A stretch of DNA of 63,623 nucleotides, counting the filler, from Octopus bimaculoides (taxonomy: Eukaryota), in the NCBI RefSeq assembly GCF_001194135.2. It is 5 parts of 5 records of this genome, joined end to end, with 100 filler letters (N's around TTAATTAATTAA, not from the genome) between each part and the next. Parts side by side here need not be neighbours in the genome. Positions count along the whole stretch, not along the records: positions 1 to 18,871 come from NC_068989.1; 4 more parts are not named here. The stretch is one strand, 5' to 3'. The translations under genes were made by a program, and so were the position numbers. This document shows positions 1-12,249 of the stretch, in pieces. Each line of letters opens with the position of its first letter. Position 1 is the first letter of the stretch. The notes beneath the pieces are model-generated. The model did not search any database. It was not told where the DNA came from and saw only the letters and a list, made by a program, of their open reading frames with translations.

Positions 1-47
1 TATATATAATGTATATGTGTGTGTGTCTGTGCATATATATATATATA

Positions 48-852
48 CAGGCTTTGGACAAAATAATGGAAACACCTTTAAATTTTTTTATTTTTATTAT
101 TTTAATACGGAGTAGGACCGCCTTTGGCAGTAATTACAGCTTGAGTTCTACGAAGTATGGACTGGTACAAAGTTTAAATTATTTCCAAAGGAATTTTTAT
201 CTATTCTTCAGCTAAAACAGTCACCAGTTCTTGTAGTAATGATGATGGAGGATATCGATTCCTTACTTGTTTTTCTAAAATGCACCTTAAATGTTCAATG
301 ATATTGATATCTGGGAACTGTTGTGGCCAGATAAGATATTCAACTTCACTAGAACGTTCCTCGTGCCATTCAGTAACAACTTTAGCTGTGTGAATTGGTG
401 CATTATCATCCTCAATGATTGCGTATCCCTCCGGAAATAGTTCCGCCACCATAGGATGAATTTGATCAGATAAAATGCTTAAATAGTCTTGACTATTAAT
501 TCTGCTATGAAGGGAAACCAATGGGCCGGCGGATTTCCAAGGCTGTCATTACTTTCGAGACAGTACTTCTTGATACACCAAACATTTCGGCAGTTTTCGT
601 TACGCTAGCGCCTGCCATACGAGCACCAACAATTTTACCTCTTTGAAAGTCGGATAGATCTGTCATTTTAATGAATTTTTATTACCTTTTTTATGATATC
701 TGAAAAGAAACAGCAATTTTAGCAAAACCTATTAAGCAACACTGATAATAAATCAAAAACATAAACATAAACAAGCTTTTGACGGTTTTATAGACATTTC
801 AAAATTATGATGCTATGATGCTAGGTGTTTCCATTATTTTGTCCAATCCCTG
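48..852 (-). mobile_element. Internally deleted Tc1/mariner DNA transposon (DD36E spacing, Incomer-like)
   Basis: 30-bp TIRs at 48-77 and 823-852 (28/30 match), with TA on both flanks (46-47, 853-854). The minus-strand ATG at 666 gives an HTH N-terminus (MTDLSDFQRGKIVGARMAGASVTKTAEMFGVSRSTVSKVM), fused at about 534-541 to the catalytic C-terminus (DDNAPIH...WPQQFPDINIIEHL). Confidence 0.92.
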
Positions 853-917
853 TACATACATATATATATAGAGAGAGAGATACACGTGTTTGCCTGTGCA
901 CGCGCGCGCGCGTGCAC

Positions 918-918
<1 letters not shown>

Positions 919-978
<60 letters not shown>

Positions 979-1093
979 TTTATATAAGGGCATTACTATA
1001 CAAGAATACCTCTCGCTATGAGGGACGCTAGCTACTTGATAAATTCTTGTAAAAGAATTCATCCTATTATTGAATTTAGATAGATAAATAGAC

Positions 1094-1137
<44 letters not shown>

Positions 1138-1144
1138 GTACACA

Positions 1145-1230
<86 letters not shown>
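919..1230. repeat. (GATA)n and (GT)n microsatellite cluster
   Basis: (GATA)n at 919-977 and about 1080-1136; (GT)n at 1146-1230. Confidence 0.95.
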
Positions 1231-1232
<2 letters not shown>

Positions 1233-1550
1233 GCTTTGTTTTTTAGTTTATTTTTTCAGATGTTGCTAACGGTGGTTGTCATCCTCTAATGACTACGGCA
1301 TTAACTTAGTTCAAAATTTTCGCTCAGTGGGGAATTTCGAAGGCCATCGGGATTTCAACATTTATAACTTTGAATAAGTATGACCTTCACGTTATGGTGT
1401 TAATGTACTCGGTTTGGTATTACATTAGCACTTGGTTTTAAACTATATTCTGTTAGCGACATCAACAAAGTAGTAGGAACTTAATCTTGTTCCAATTGCG
1501 AAGGCGGTATGATTCGTTGGTAGTCACAAAATCATAATACATAAAGGCAT

Positions 1551-1596
<46 letters not shown>

Positions 1597-2124
1597 CGTG
1601 CGTGAGTACACGCAGAGTAACACGCAAGTATCCACATATACAAACTCACTGAGTCTAGACGTGTATATATATATATATATATATACATACACAAACATAC
1701 ATACATATATACATTCACAACATACCTATACACACACTCATACGTACACATATATATATATAAATTATGCACAAAAACAAATATATATTTATAGAGAGGT
1801 ATACAAGTATATATATACANNNNNNNNNNNNNNNNNNNNNNNNNNNNNNNNNNNNNNNNNNNNNNNNNNNNNNNNNNNNNNNNNNNNNNNNNNNNNNNNN
1901 NNNNNNNNNNNNNNNNNNNNNNNNNNNNNNNNNNNNNNNNNNNNNNNNNNNNNNNNNNNNNNNNNNNNNNNNNNNNNNNNNNNNNNNNNNNNNNNNNNNN
2001 NNNNNNNNNNNNNNNNNNNNNNNNNNNNNNNNNNNNNNNNNNNNNNNNNNNNNNNNNNNNNNNNNNNNNNNNNNNNNNNNNNNNNNNNNNNNNNNNNNNN
2101 NNNNNNNNNNNNNNNNNNNNNNNN

Positions 2125-2166
<42 letters not shown>

Positions 2167-3099
2167 TGTGTGTGTGTGTGTGTTAGTATATACCCTTTCT
2201 TGTTTTGTTTTGTGTTTTTTTTTCTTGTCGTTTCAGTGTTTGGATGTGTTATCATTAATTCATTTTATAGTTATTGATTGGTATGTTCGCTACTTTATTT
2301 TGTTTTTTGTTTTTTCTATTTTCCATAACGTCGTTAGATTCTCTCCATTTTTGTTATATATTTTACAGAAGTTTTGTTATTTTTGTTAACGTTTTAGCTG
2401 TTCTTGTTGTTGTTGTTAATCTTTTCGTTGACCAAAATGTGTTTATAATGTTTTGTTGTTAGTCACTTTTAGTGTCAGTGTTGATATCGCTTGTAATGGT
2501 TTGGATGGTTGTAGAGATGGTGCTTGTGTTGGTGGAGGTAATGACGATGACGCTGTAGATACTGAAGCATCATATAACTAAAAATTACTCGCTTAGTCAA
2601 GTCGATGATACTGTTTCAATTCAAAGTTGTAACTAATGTATTCAGTTTTATTGTTTTATGATCTCCAGAAATATGATATTTTCTCCTAAAACTATCTTTT
2701 ATTTTGTTTTCAATCAATGTATTTTGTTTCTGTTATCATCGCCGCACTTTTAGGCGGCGGCACGAGTTAACAGCCCCATTGTAGCAATGACAATGAGAAA
2801 CGTGTGATACCTCAGAAAATTCTAGTTACCTTATTCTCAAAAACATTTCTTTTTGAACAATGCATATTCCTTTCATTTATTTCCCATCGCATTTGATATC
2901 TTTGCCTTGCCTTGCCTTACTTTGCCTTGGATCTTCAGCTCTTTCATGGAATTTTAGGGGAATCGCTGGGATATAGGAAGTATTTTTGGCATTTGCAGAC
3001 TCAGCGGCTTATCCGTATGCAAGGATGATTAAAACCAATTTCTTCCTGAAGAGAGAGACCGTCAGACACAAAGAGAACGTAATAAAAAGAGAAATATCT

Positions 3100-3235
3100 T
3101 TCCCAGTACAGAACTCGTACTTTATTCATCTCCGAAAAGATGACAAGTAGATTTGATCTCGGCAAGATTCGGATTCAGAACGTACTCCAAATAATCTACC
3201 CGACATTCTAACAGCTTTAACAATCTGCCGCCATA
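3100..3235 (-). mobile_element. Degenerate SINE family A copy
   Basis: Diverged reverse-strand match to the family A head and core seen intact at 26265-26492. Confidence 0.45.
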
Positions 3236-6200
3236 TTTGATAGATATGAAAGAACCAAAAGAACAGTTGAATTTAATGAAATCATCATGATTTGATCCTG
3301 GGTTTCATAAAAAGTATCGGTCTGTCAAGAGCGGACTCCTGGATTTCTGACATCTTCCTCAAAACACTCATGGTTCCTGAGAACCGAAAGCAGTTCACAT
3401 TGAAAAATTTCCCTTGATGGCTCTGGTTTAATCAGAAGAGAAAAACTGTTCATGAGATTTTACAGGAACTCAAAGACTTGAGATAGAAAAGAGATAAGAG
3501 ACCACAAGGACTAGAAGTATCTTCAGACTAGAGATCTGGCCTTAATGTTTGCAATAGAGAGATTTTCTCTTTTTTATTATTTACTGTGTCTGGAAGAAAA
3601 AGCAGTGTCTGTGATCGTTGCAGGCCCTCCGAAATGGGTGAATTGATACTGTTCATACTCTAAACGTTTCTAAGCTAATACCAGCAGGAAAGACATGAAA
3701 ACATGAGAAGTGAAGATATTCCGGAAAATCGATGTTTTAAGGACGAAGAACTGGGCATATTAGTTAGTGCAAGACTAGAGAGGTTAAACAGAACAACAAT
3801 GAGATGTAAGCAGAAGCGTAGATTGGAGGTACATAGACAGAGAGAGTGCTAAACTTACGAAATAGGAGGAAGAGAGGCCATTGTAGTAGCAATAGAAAAG
3901 TCAGAGACGAGACAGTACGACTAAAGATCAATAAACTCACACAAGAGCCAGAAGGTTATATTAAACTAGATGATGGAACGAACTACCAACAAGAACAAAT
4001 ACAGTATATCTGTTGGGTTTTTATCCGCCCTAATTTTCTAACAAGACTTAGGTTGGACCATAGTATATAGCACTTGCAATGGTTTGTTACAAAAGAGTTG
4101 AACACAGAGCCATATGGTTGCAAACTAAAGTTCTTAACCACACAGCCATGTTTGTTCCCTCAAATTGAGCTGCATTCAAAACACCGGATAAATAAATACA
4201 TCTCATAAGATACTATTTTCTTTTACCCATAAAAAATATTTTTCAGGAAAATTAATAATTCATAATTTCTTAATTCCATTTCCATACAAATATTTACATT
4301 TCATACATAAGTAACAAACTGTAATTTTTCAGAACTGAAAATACCACTGAAGCTGATGCAGTAAGTAATAAACTGGCCTAGATGTATTTACGACGTCCAT
4401 TTCAACGATTCTCTATGCTGCATCTTAATCACACTTAAGCTTCTAGTAAATTAACGATCAGAAATACTACTAAAGGTTAATCCTACGCCCTGCCAAATAT
4501 GCATCAGTTTTCGGTTATAATACCAAGTTCGACAAAGGGGAGAAAAGGCAGTATCTAGTTCGATATGATAACAAGAGTATTTGGAAGTAACTTTAATTCC
4601 GCCTACGGCCTGTGGACGTGCAAAGGGACTTCAATTTAGCACGACAAACTCATGACACAATAAATAATAAAGGTGCAACTGTTATGTCTAGCAAACTGGT
4701 AGACGATGTAAAAGCCTTCCATGTTGTCTTCGTGCTGACTTTTACAGTATTGCTGTTTCTATTCTTAGCTAAGCAGACTTATTGAAAGAGACTTGCCTTG
4801 GTGTATACAAAGTCTTTACCGTATTAGGTTGCAAACACGGTGACGAAAGATCTAGAAATAGCCTGGCACACCCGGTAAAATCCCTCCAGTGATGATTACA
4901 CATTTTGTTCCTTTAAGAATATCTAAAAATTAAGACGATAGTAGAGAGTACCCATGCCCTTGCAGTTCTAATCTTATATTCAGCTTCAGCCTCTGAAGAT
5001 GGGCATGTAAGTAGAAAAGATGTGGTTTGTAAGGATGACTGGTTACAGACTATTGTTTTACATTGTTGAAAGGACTGGGAAATGTTTCGTACTGAGATTT
5101 GTGGACAGATGAGTCAACAATAGGAAGAATCCGAAGAGGGGGAGTCAGGTGCACTAGATTATTGTTGATGTTTGCTAATTGATAAGAAGAGGCTCTATGA
5201 GAAATTATGTGGAGTTTTGCCAATAAACCGCACGGTTTTTGTGAATTCAAAAACTGCACCATTTCAGTTATGAACACCTAAATTTACTATATATTATAGA
5301 GTATCGGCAGTTTGTTAAGAGTAAAATATTCTTTGCGAAGAAGCCTTGACCATTTCTATATAAGAACGTCATTAGAGAGTGTAGCACATACCGCGAGTTT
5401 AATCGCATACTTTAGATACCTGAAATCATTACAGTGAATTTGTTTTCTCATCAAAGAAAAATGATTTTTTTTTTTCTCCTTGCTAAATAAACATTATTAT
5501 CGTTTGAACTAAATACAAAGGGTTTTTATTCTTTCAAATATTATAAAACAGGAAGTCGTGTCTTAACCTACGTCACTAATGACGTACAATGAAAGAATGT
5601 GGCCTCAACATAATCTAAATTACAACTAAGTTTCTCGTCACCGGTTATAATGCTTAGCACAGGCTTCACTGTGTATTTAAGAATTTCGCATCGCAAATAC
5701 GTGTTTCGGGTTCACTCCCACCCCCATGGCATACTGGATAATACTATTTAGCTATTGGGTTAGACAAAACTTTATCAGCGAAATATGGTTGGTAGAAACT
5801 ATGCTGAATCCCACGGTTCCTGTCATTGGTTAGTAGACTTAATCTTTTACTATCTTTAATACCGGCGAAGACCAAAATAATGCAAAGTATATTTTTAAAA
5901 CAAGTGAATCCGCTCTCATTCACTTCACGCTACGATAGCTTTTAACTCCAAAGAAATATTTTATTTCATCAAATTTGAAGATTTACCTAGAATTCTTTAA
6001 AAGACAGCAATTTGTTCTTTTTATTGTAGAGTTCATGATAGCATTCTTATGTAATGAATATAGAATTAGTTCCAAATTTGTAAATTTGGGCTCTGTTGTT
6101 ACAAAATGTTTGTCACCTAATAATACACAATTTACTCATTTGTTCTTTTCCAGTTTGCTTATCTTAATAGTCATTCAACTATACAATCGAATCTAGATAA

Positions 6201-7075
6201 TTTATACATATACATTGACTGTGAACCTCCTTCCTTTAACAAAGCTGTTGACCTTCTACCTAATGAAAAAGTACATAATGTAACAAATAATAGAAGCAAA
6301 AAATATATTCAAAAAAATTGACTGTTCTTCTTACATAGAATACTTTAAAATTTATGATGTGTCATTTAAATTCCATTCAGTATCCCCACAGACGAACCTA
6401 TTTTCAAAATGACAATAGAAGCATTGAGTCACTCCCAGACCCTGCAGCCACTGAATGCCTGGTAATAATTTGTCTACTATTTTTAATAAATGGAAATCAA
6501 ATATTAGCTGGAGCTATTTAGATGCAATATTTTTTATCGCTCAAAAATAAATGTGACCTTTTCAAAATTTCAAACAATATCGGAAAATACTTCACTACTT
6601 AAATTTATACTTGAACTAAGTGCACAGGGTAAAATACATTTTTTTATGTACATATAGATAAAACAATAATAACCAAAATATGACTAAAGCTTCTAATAAA
6701 TGAATATATTTAAATGTTAAGAATGGGTGTCCAGAGAGAATTATATGGTTTAAGTCATTTAGACTATACTTAAAACATCAAACGCGGTAGTTAACTCTAT
6801 CGGTATTTTGTACATCAAAACAAATATATAACAAAGCAGATATTTATGAATATAACGAAATAGACATTTATAACGGATATTCTTATAAGTTAATCAATAA
6901 AATTACAAGGACATATAATAATTTATTTTGATAAGGAAGAAGGTCAATTTATGGTCAATTCTACTGACTCTGCTCTCTCAGTTTTTAGTACTTTAGCAAA
7001 CCCGAGGGTATGACTGACAAAATACGGAAACACTAAAATAGTTTTGTTAAGCAGCTAACGATGATCCATTTAGAG

Positions 7076-7642
7076 GTATGACAGTGTGGTAAGAAGCTTG
7101 CTTCCTAACCACATGGTTCCGGGCTCAATCCCACTGTGTGGCACCTTGGGCAAGTGCCTTCTATTATGGCCTCGGGCTAACCAAAGCCTTGTGAGTGAAC
7201 TTGGTAGACAGAAACTGAACGTCCATGCTTGATCGCTAAATCCACAAGTGTTTTATTCTTTCTCTGTTTATTTTCTCTTGTTCCTTTCTGCTGAAGAGCG
7301 TAGGCTCAAAATGTTAAGGACTTTCTCACTTTCCCGAGTGTCAAACTAATACATCTGCTTGTTGTTCATACACTTGTCTTCGTCTTCTGTTTTTCTGTAA
7401 ATTTCAACTATACATACATGTGTGTGAGTGTTTCCACCCCACCCATCACTGCTTGACAACCGGTGTTGGAGTGTTTGCGTCTCCGAACCCAGCAGTTCAA
7501 GAGACTGATAGAATAAGTACGACAAGTACTAGGCTTTAAGAAAAATAGGTCCTGGTATCGATTTGTTCGACTAATGCCCTTCAAGGCGGTGCTCCAGCAT
7601 GGCTGTAGTCAAATTACTGAAACAAGTAAAAGAATAAAAGAA
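7076..7642 (+). mobile_element. SINE family B (tRNA head + CCTTGGGCAAGT core + internal microsatellite + 3' body), interrupted by a Penelope-type 3' fragment
   Basis: Head 7076-7220 and 3' body 7420-7642 match the other B copies; the insert at about 7222-7410 is not part of the B consensus. Confidence 0.85.
7222..7410 (+). mobile_element. Probable Penelope-like element terminal fragment with a degenerate hammerhead-like motif
   Basis: CTGAAGA-GCGTAGGCTC-AAAA at 7291-7311 inside a pyrimidine-rich terminus; sits within the SINE's microsatellite. Confidence 0.45.
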
Positions 7643-7700
7643 TTTAGCCATATATAGTTATACGATGAAGGAGAGAAATGTGAACGTCGACTGCTTAGAC

Positions 7701-7938
7701 CAGTGGTTCTCAACCCTTTGATTCCTGTTTCACTCGGATGGATCCTCATGAACATTTGATGTTTTTAAAAATCCTATTATATTTTTAATATCAAATATTA
7801 TTAGGAATTGTATGAAATAATTTCTTGAAATATTTTGTGTATTGTTTAAATATTACTAATTTATTGCACATAAATTTTAACAACAAAATTTTATATTGGA
7901 CCTTCAAGAGCCGTATGGACCCTGATTGAGAACCACTG
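7701..7938. mobile_element. hAT (Charlie-like) MITE
   Basis: Perfect 13-bp TIRs CAGTGGTTCTCAA (7701-7713) and TTGAGAACCACTG (7926-7938); AT-rich interior; 8-bp flanks gcttagac/ctttaaac match 5/8 (decayed TSD). Confidence 0.85.
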
Positions 7939-8451
7939 CTTTAAACCATCTCAGTGTGGGTTACATAAACAACTTGGTGAGACTAATACAAGGTAAACAT
8001 TTTCATGTTGGCGTTTATGAAGACAAAGGTAAGTAGAAAGGAAGTTATAGGAAGATATGATTTGGGTTCGTGAATTTATCAGACTCGAAAGAAGTTAACA
8101 GTCATAATTCTGGGTTACATGCATGTGTGTGTGTGCGTGTGTGTGTTTGTGTGTTTAAACACACACATACACATGTAAACAAATAGTATAACCTAGGTTA
8201 TGACCAGGAGGAGTCACCTACGTTGCCAAGTGCAATAGAGAACGTGAAGCCGAGGTTAACTTTATGACTGGCTATTACCAAAGATATACCACTCGACTAC
8301 ATAAAATGTAACTGCTCAAAATTTCTTTTGGAGTGTGCCTCTAAACTGACCGATTATTTTCATGTTTGTTTGTGTATGCGTGTGTGTGTCTGTCTGTCTG
8401 TGTCTGTGTACGCGTGTGTAACCGTGCGAGTATGTGTATGTATGCGTGCAG

Positions 8452-8772
8452 TGAAGTCGCGTTGTTAAGTGGTTAGGACATTCGACTCAGGATCGTTAAG
8501 TTCGTGTTTGATACCAAGCGGTGTGTTGTGTTCTTGAGCAAAACACGTTATTTCACGTTGCTCCAGTCCACTCACCTGGCGAGAATGAGTAGTACCTGTA
8601 TTTCAAAGGGCCAGGCTTGTCACATTTTATGCCACTCTGAATCTCCCTAAGAACTACGTTTAGGGCACGCGTGTCCGTGGAGTGCTCAGCCACTTGCACT
8701 TTAATTTCACGAACAGGCTGTTTCGTTGATCGGATGAACTGGAATCCTCGTCGTCGCAACCGACTGAGCGCC
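8452..8772 (+). mobile_element. SINE family D (3' half shared with family C)
   Basis: tRNA-like head, TTGCTCCAGTCCACTCA core, then a 3' half matching 12250-12420 and 22210-22380. Confidence 0.75.
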
Positions 8773-9039
8773 GGTTATGTATGTATGCATGCGTATGAAT
8801 ATTTAAGATGTAATGGAATTGTTAGTGACTACATAGCAATAGTGCAGCAAGACGACCAATTTTTTTACATTTTATGGTACATAGTTATGAGTAGGAAATA
8901 TAAGAACGATAATGTTAATAGATTTTTTGTCTCTTCTTGAGTGTCTAAAATGACTCACCTATAATATATATGTATATATACGCATATAAATACGTATATA
9001 AATATATATACGTACACACAGCACGCATAACACATACGT

Positions 9040-9101
<62 letters not shown>

Positions 9102-9127
9102 GCATACATATTAGTAAAAATGTACGT

Positions 9128-9174
<47 letters not shown>

Positions 9175-9264
9175 TAAATATGCATACACAAATAAATAGT
9201 TAAATTGTTATATACATATAGTCATATGTATATATATATACTATATCTGAAAATATGTGTGTGC

Positions 9265-9298
<34 letters not shown>

Positions 9299-9720
9299 CG
9301 CATACACACACATGTGAATGTAAATATATATATATTGAGATAGATAGATAGATAGACAGATAGATAGACAGATAGATAGATAGATGTATTTGTGTGTGCG
9401 AAGCGAGAGGAGTGTCTGCTTGTATTTTAATATCCTAGAAAGAAAAAATAAGACATGAAAACTTGATAAATCAGAAGTTAATCACGGGAATTGTAAGTTT
9501 GCAAGAGATGACATTGGAGAATTCTCTTGGAGATATTTATGTTTCTCAAATTGGCGTTCACTAAATTCGGATAAGTCTTACAGGAGATTATTGAAACCAA
9601 AATAAAGTATTTCCATCTTAGCCGATGTGATCTCCAGCCTGCTTTATCAAGTAACTCTAGATTTTACATTAAATATAATTTGGATGTATCTGATCAGCTT
9701 GAGATTATGCTAACAATAAA

Positions 9721-10125
9721 GGTGCGGAGGTGTTGCTGTGTAGTAAGAAGTTTGCTCCCGCAACCGTATTGTTCCGGGTTCAGTCTTACTGTGTAGCACC
9801 TTACGTATGTGTCTTCTATGATACTATAGCCTCGAACCAATCAAAGCCTTGTGAGGGTATTTGGTAGACGGAAACAGAAAGAAACCCATCGTGTGCGTGT
9901 GTGTCATTTTGTCAGTGTTTGTCTCCAACCACCGCTTGACAACCAGCGCTTGTGTATTTACGTTTCTGTAACTTTGCGGTCCGGCAAAAAACACAGATAG
10001 AATAAGTACTATCTTTACAAAGAAAATAAGTACTGGGTCGATTCATTCCACAAAAATTCTTCAAGGTGGTGACCCAACATCGCCGCAGTCTAATGACTGA
10101 AACAAGAAAAAGAAACAAAAAAATA
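9721..10125 (+). mobile_element. SINE family B, full length, diverged
   Basis: Head, internal (GT)n and 3' body collinear with the other B copies. Confidence 0.85.
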
Positions 10126-10126
10126 T

Positions 10127-10325
10127 AGGCACATGTGTAGCTGTGTGGTAAGAAGTTTGCTCCCTCAACCGCGTAGTTCCAGGTTCAGTCCTCCTGCGTG
10201 GCACCTTGACAAAGTGTCTTTTTTGCCCCGGGTCGACCAAAGCCTTGTGAGTGGATTTGAAAGACGAAAAGTGAAAGAAACCTATCGTTGTGTGTGTGTG
10301 TGTGTGTGTGCGTGTGCGCGCGCGC

Positions 10326-10360
<35 letters not shown>

Positions 10361-10605
10361 GTTTTTGTTTCTGTCTTCCATATTGACAACCGTCGTTATT
10401 TTGTTTACATCCCCGTAACTTAACAGTTCGGCAATATGAGATCGATAGAATAAGTACCGGATTTAGAAAAAAAATAAGTACCGGATTTAGAAAAAAGTAA
10501 GTACCGGATTCAGAAAAAAATAAGTACTCGGGTCGATTTGTTGGACTAAACCCTTGAAACTTGTGCCCCAGCACGGCCGCAGTCTGATAACTGAAACAAG
10601 TGAAA
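10127..10605 (+). mobile_element. SINE family B, full length, head-to-tail with the preceding copy
   Basis: Same three-part structure; internal AATAAGTACCGGATTTAGAAAAA unit repeated 3 times at about 10450-10527. Confidence 0.85.
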
Positions 10606-11093
10606 ATATGTATCTTCAGTATTCACACAACTTCAGTACTCACGCAAATCCCTCCAGATACTCCGTTCTATAAATCAGGTGGTTTTGCGGCGTTTAGGAA
10701 ACGGGGCACCAAAAGACTCGTGGCTTACTGGTCAAAATACTGGGCCCAAGACCATGAAGACGTTGAGTTGTTCAGTTCCCGGATCGTGTGTTACTTTATG
10801 GCCTTGAGCGAGAAACGTCGTTTCATGTTACACCAGTCTACTCAGTTGAAAACGAATAGAAGCCAAATACTGATGTAGCCTTCTCTCTCAATCTCTCACT
10901 CTATCTATCCTTCTCACTTTCTCTTTCTTTCTCTCTCCCAGACACACACACTCTCTCTCTCACACACACATACACACATACTCTCTTTGTCTCTCTCACT
11001 CTCTCACTCTCTCTCACACACACACACACACTCTCTCTCTCACACACACTCTCTCTCTCACACACACACGCACACTCTNNNNNNNNNNACACA

Positions 11094-11142
<49 letters not shown>

Positions 11143-11440
11143 ACTTTCTTTTTCTCTCTTTCTCACTGTCTCTCCTTCTTTCTCTGTCTCTCACACATAC
11201 GCGCACATACGCACACCGAAAGATCAGTGTCTGTTCGCGACTACATGGGCACCAAAAATAATTAGCATGTTACATATAACCAGGTCATACTCGATTGCAA
11301 GTGATGCATATAGTTTTTGATTGAGTGCAGGCTAAATTTTTTTGTATCATATCGTATATATTTTTATTCTAATTCGTCTTCCATATATCACGGGAAGACG
11401 AAAAACCGTACCAATCCGCAAGTTTCACCAAATCTATAAC

Positions 11441-11471
<31 letters not shown>

Positions 11472-11480
11472 TAATAATAA

Positions 11481-11691
11481 TATTTCCTACTCTAGGCACA
11501 AGGCCCAAAATTTGGGGGGCGGGGGCCAATCGATTAGATCGACCACAATACGCAGCTGGTACTTAATTTATCGACCCTAAAAGGATGAAATGCCAAGTCG
11601 ACCTGGGCGGAATTTGAACTCAGAACGAAAAGACAGACGAAATACCACTAAGTAGTTCGCCCAGCGTGCTAACGATTCTGCCAGCTCACCG
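11481..11691 (-). mobile_element. SINE family A (tail type 2)
   Basis: Reverse complement of the A head and core (A-box TGGCAGAATCG, B-box GAGTTCAAATTCC); (TAA)n at 11439-11480 abuts the 3' end. Confidence 0.88.
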
Positions 11692-11829
11692 ACTTAATAA
11701 AATTAATAACATTATGCTTTTGGTTTCTTTTCAAAGTTAAGATTGTTTAAGATATTTGCTACATACAATAATATATGTTGTAGCAAAAAGTTTAAACAAT
11801 CGTAACTATGGAAAGAAATCAAAGACAGT

Positions 11830-12050
11830 ACATCTATAATCTTTCAAGAGATTTTCAATAATTCTAATAACACAGTCACAATGGGAAGACGTAGAAAAGT
11901 GAGACAATATTCTTCACGGGCAATTGTATGTAGCTCTATCTATAATGAGTTTTTGTTTTGACGCATCAATAGAAATAATAAATAACAATTCTCGAGGCAG
12001 ATGACATGATATATGTATAACAAAGAATATAGTTTTCAGAGATGTTCCCT
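11830..12050 (+). mobile_element. Decayed Helitron PIF1-helicase C-terminal fragment
   Basis: Translates with frameshifts to ITQSQ (INKSQG-like), FTGQLYVALS and TKNIVFRDV, the terminal motifs of Helitron RepHel helicases, in the correct order. Confidence 0.55.
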
Positions 12051-12249
12051 CCTACGATTTCTTCCCCCTATGTAAGGAATTATCCTTCTCAAGAATTGAA
12101 CGCTTAAGGGGAAAATACAATTTCCAAGAAGGAAAAGTATTACATGATTCCTCATAAGCATCCAACAGTTTTAAAGTTTTTGAAAATAACCGTGAAATAT
12201 CTACAGGTACTGCCACTTCAGTTAATACTATTTAGGAATTACATATTGG

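Noticed and set aside
1260-1377. Exon-like segment with a strong acceptor (ttttttcag) and a gtatga donor
   Set aside because: Stop codons in all three frames; at most a non-coding exon, with no further support.
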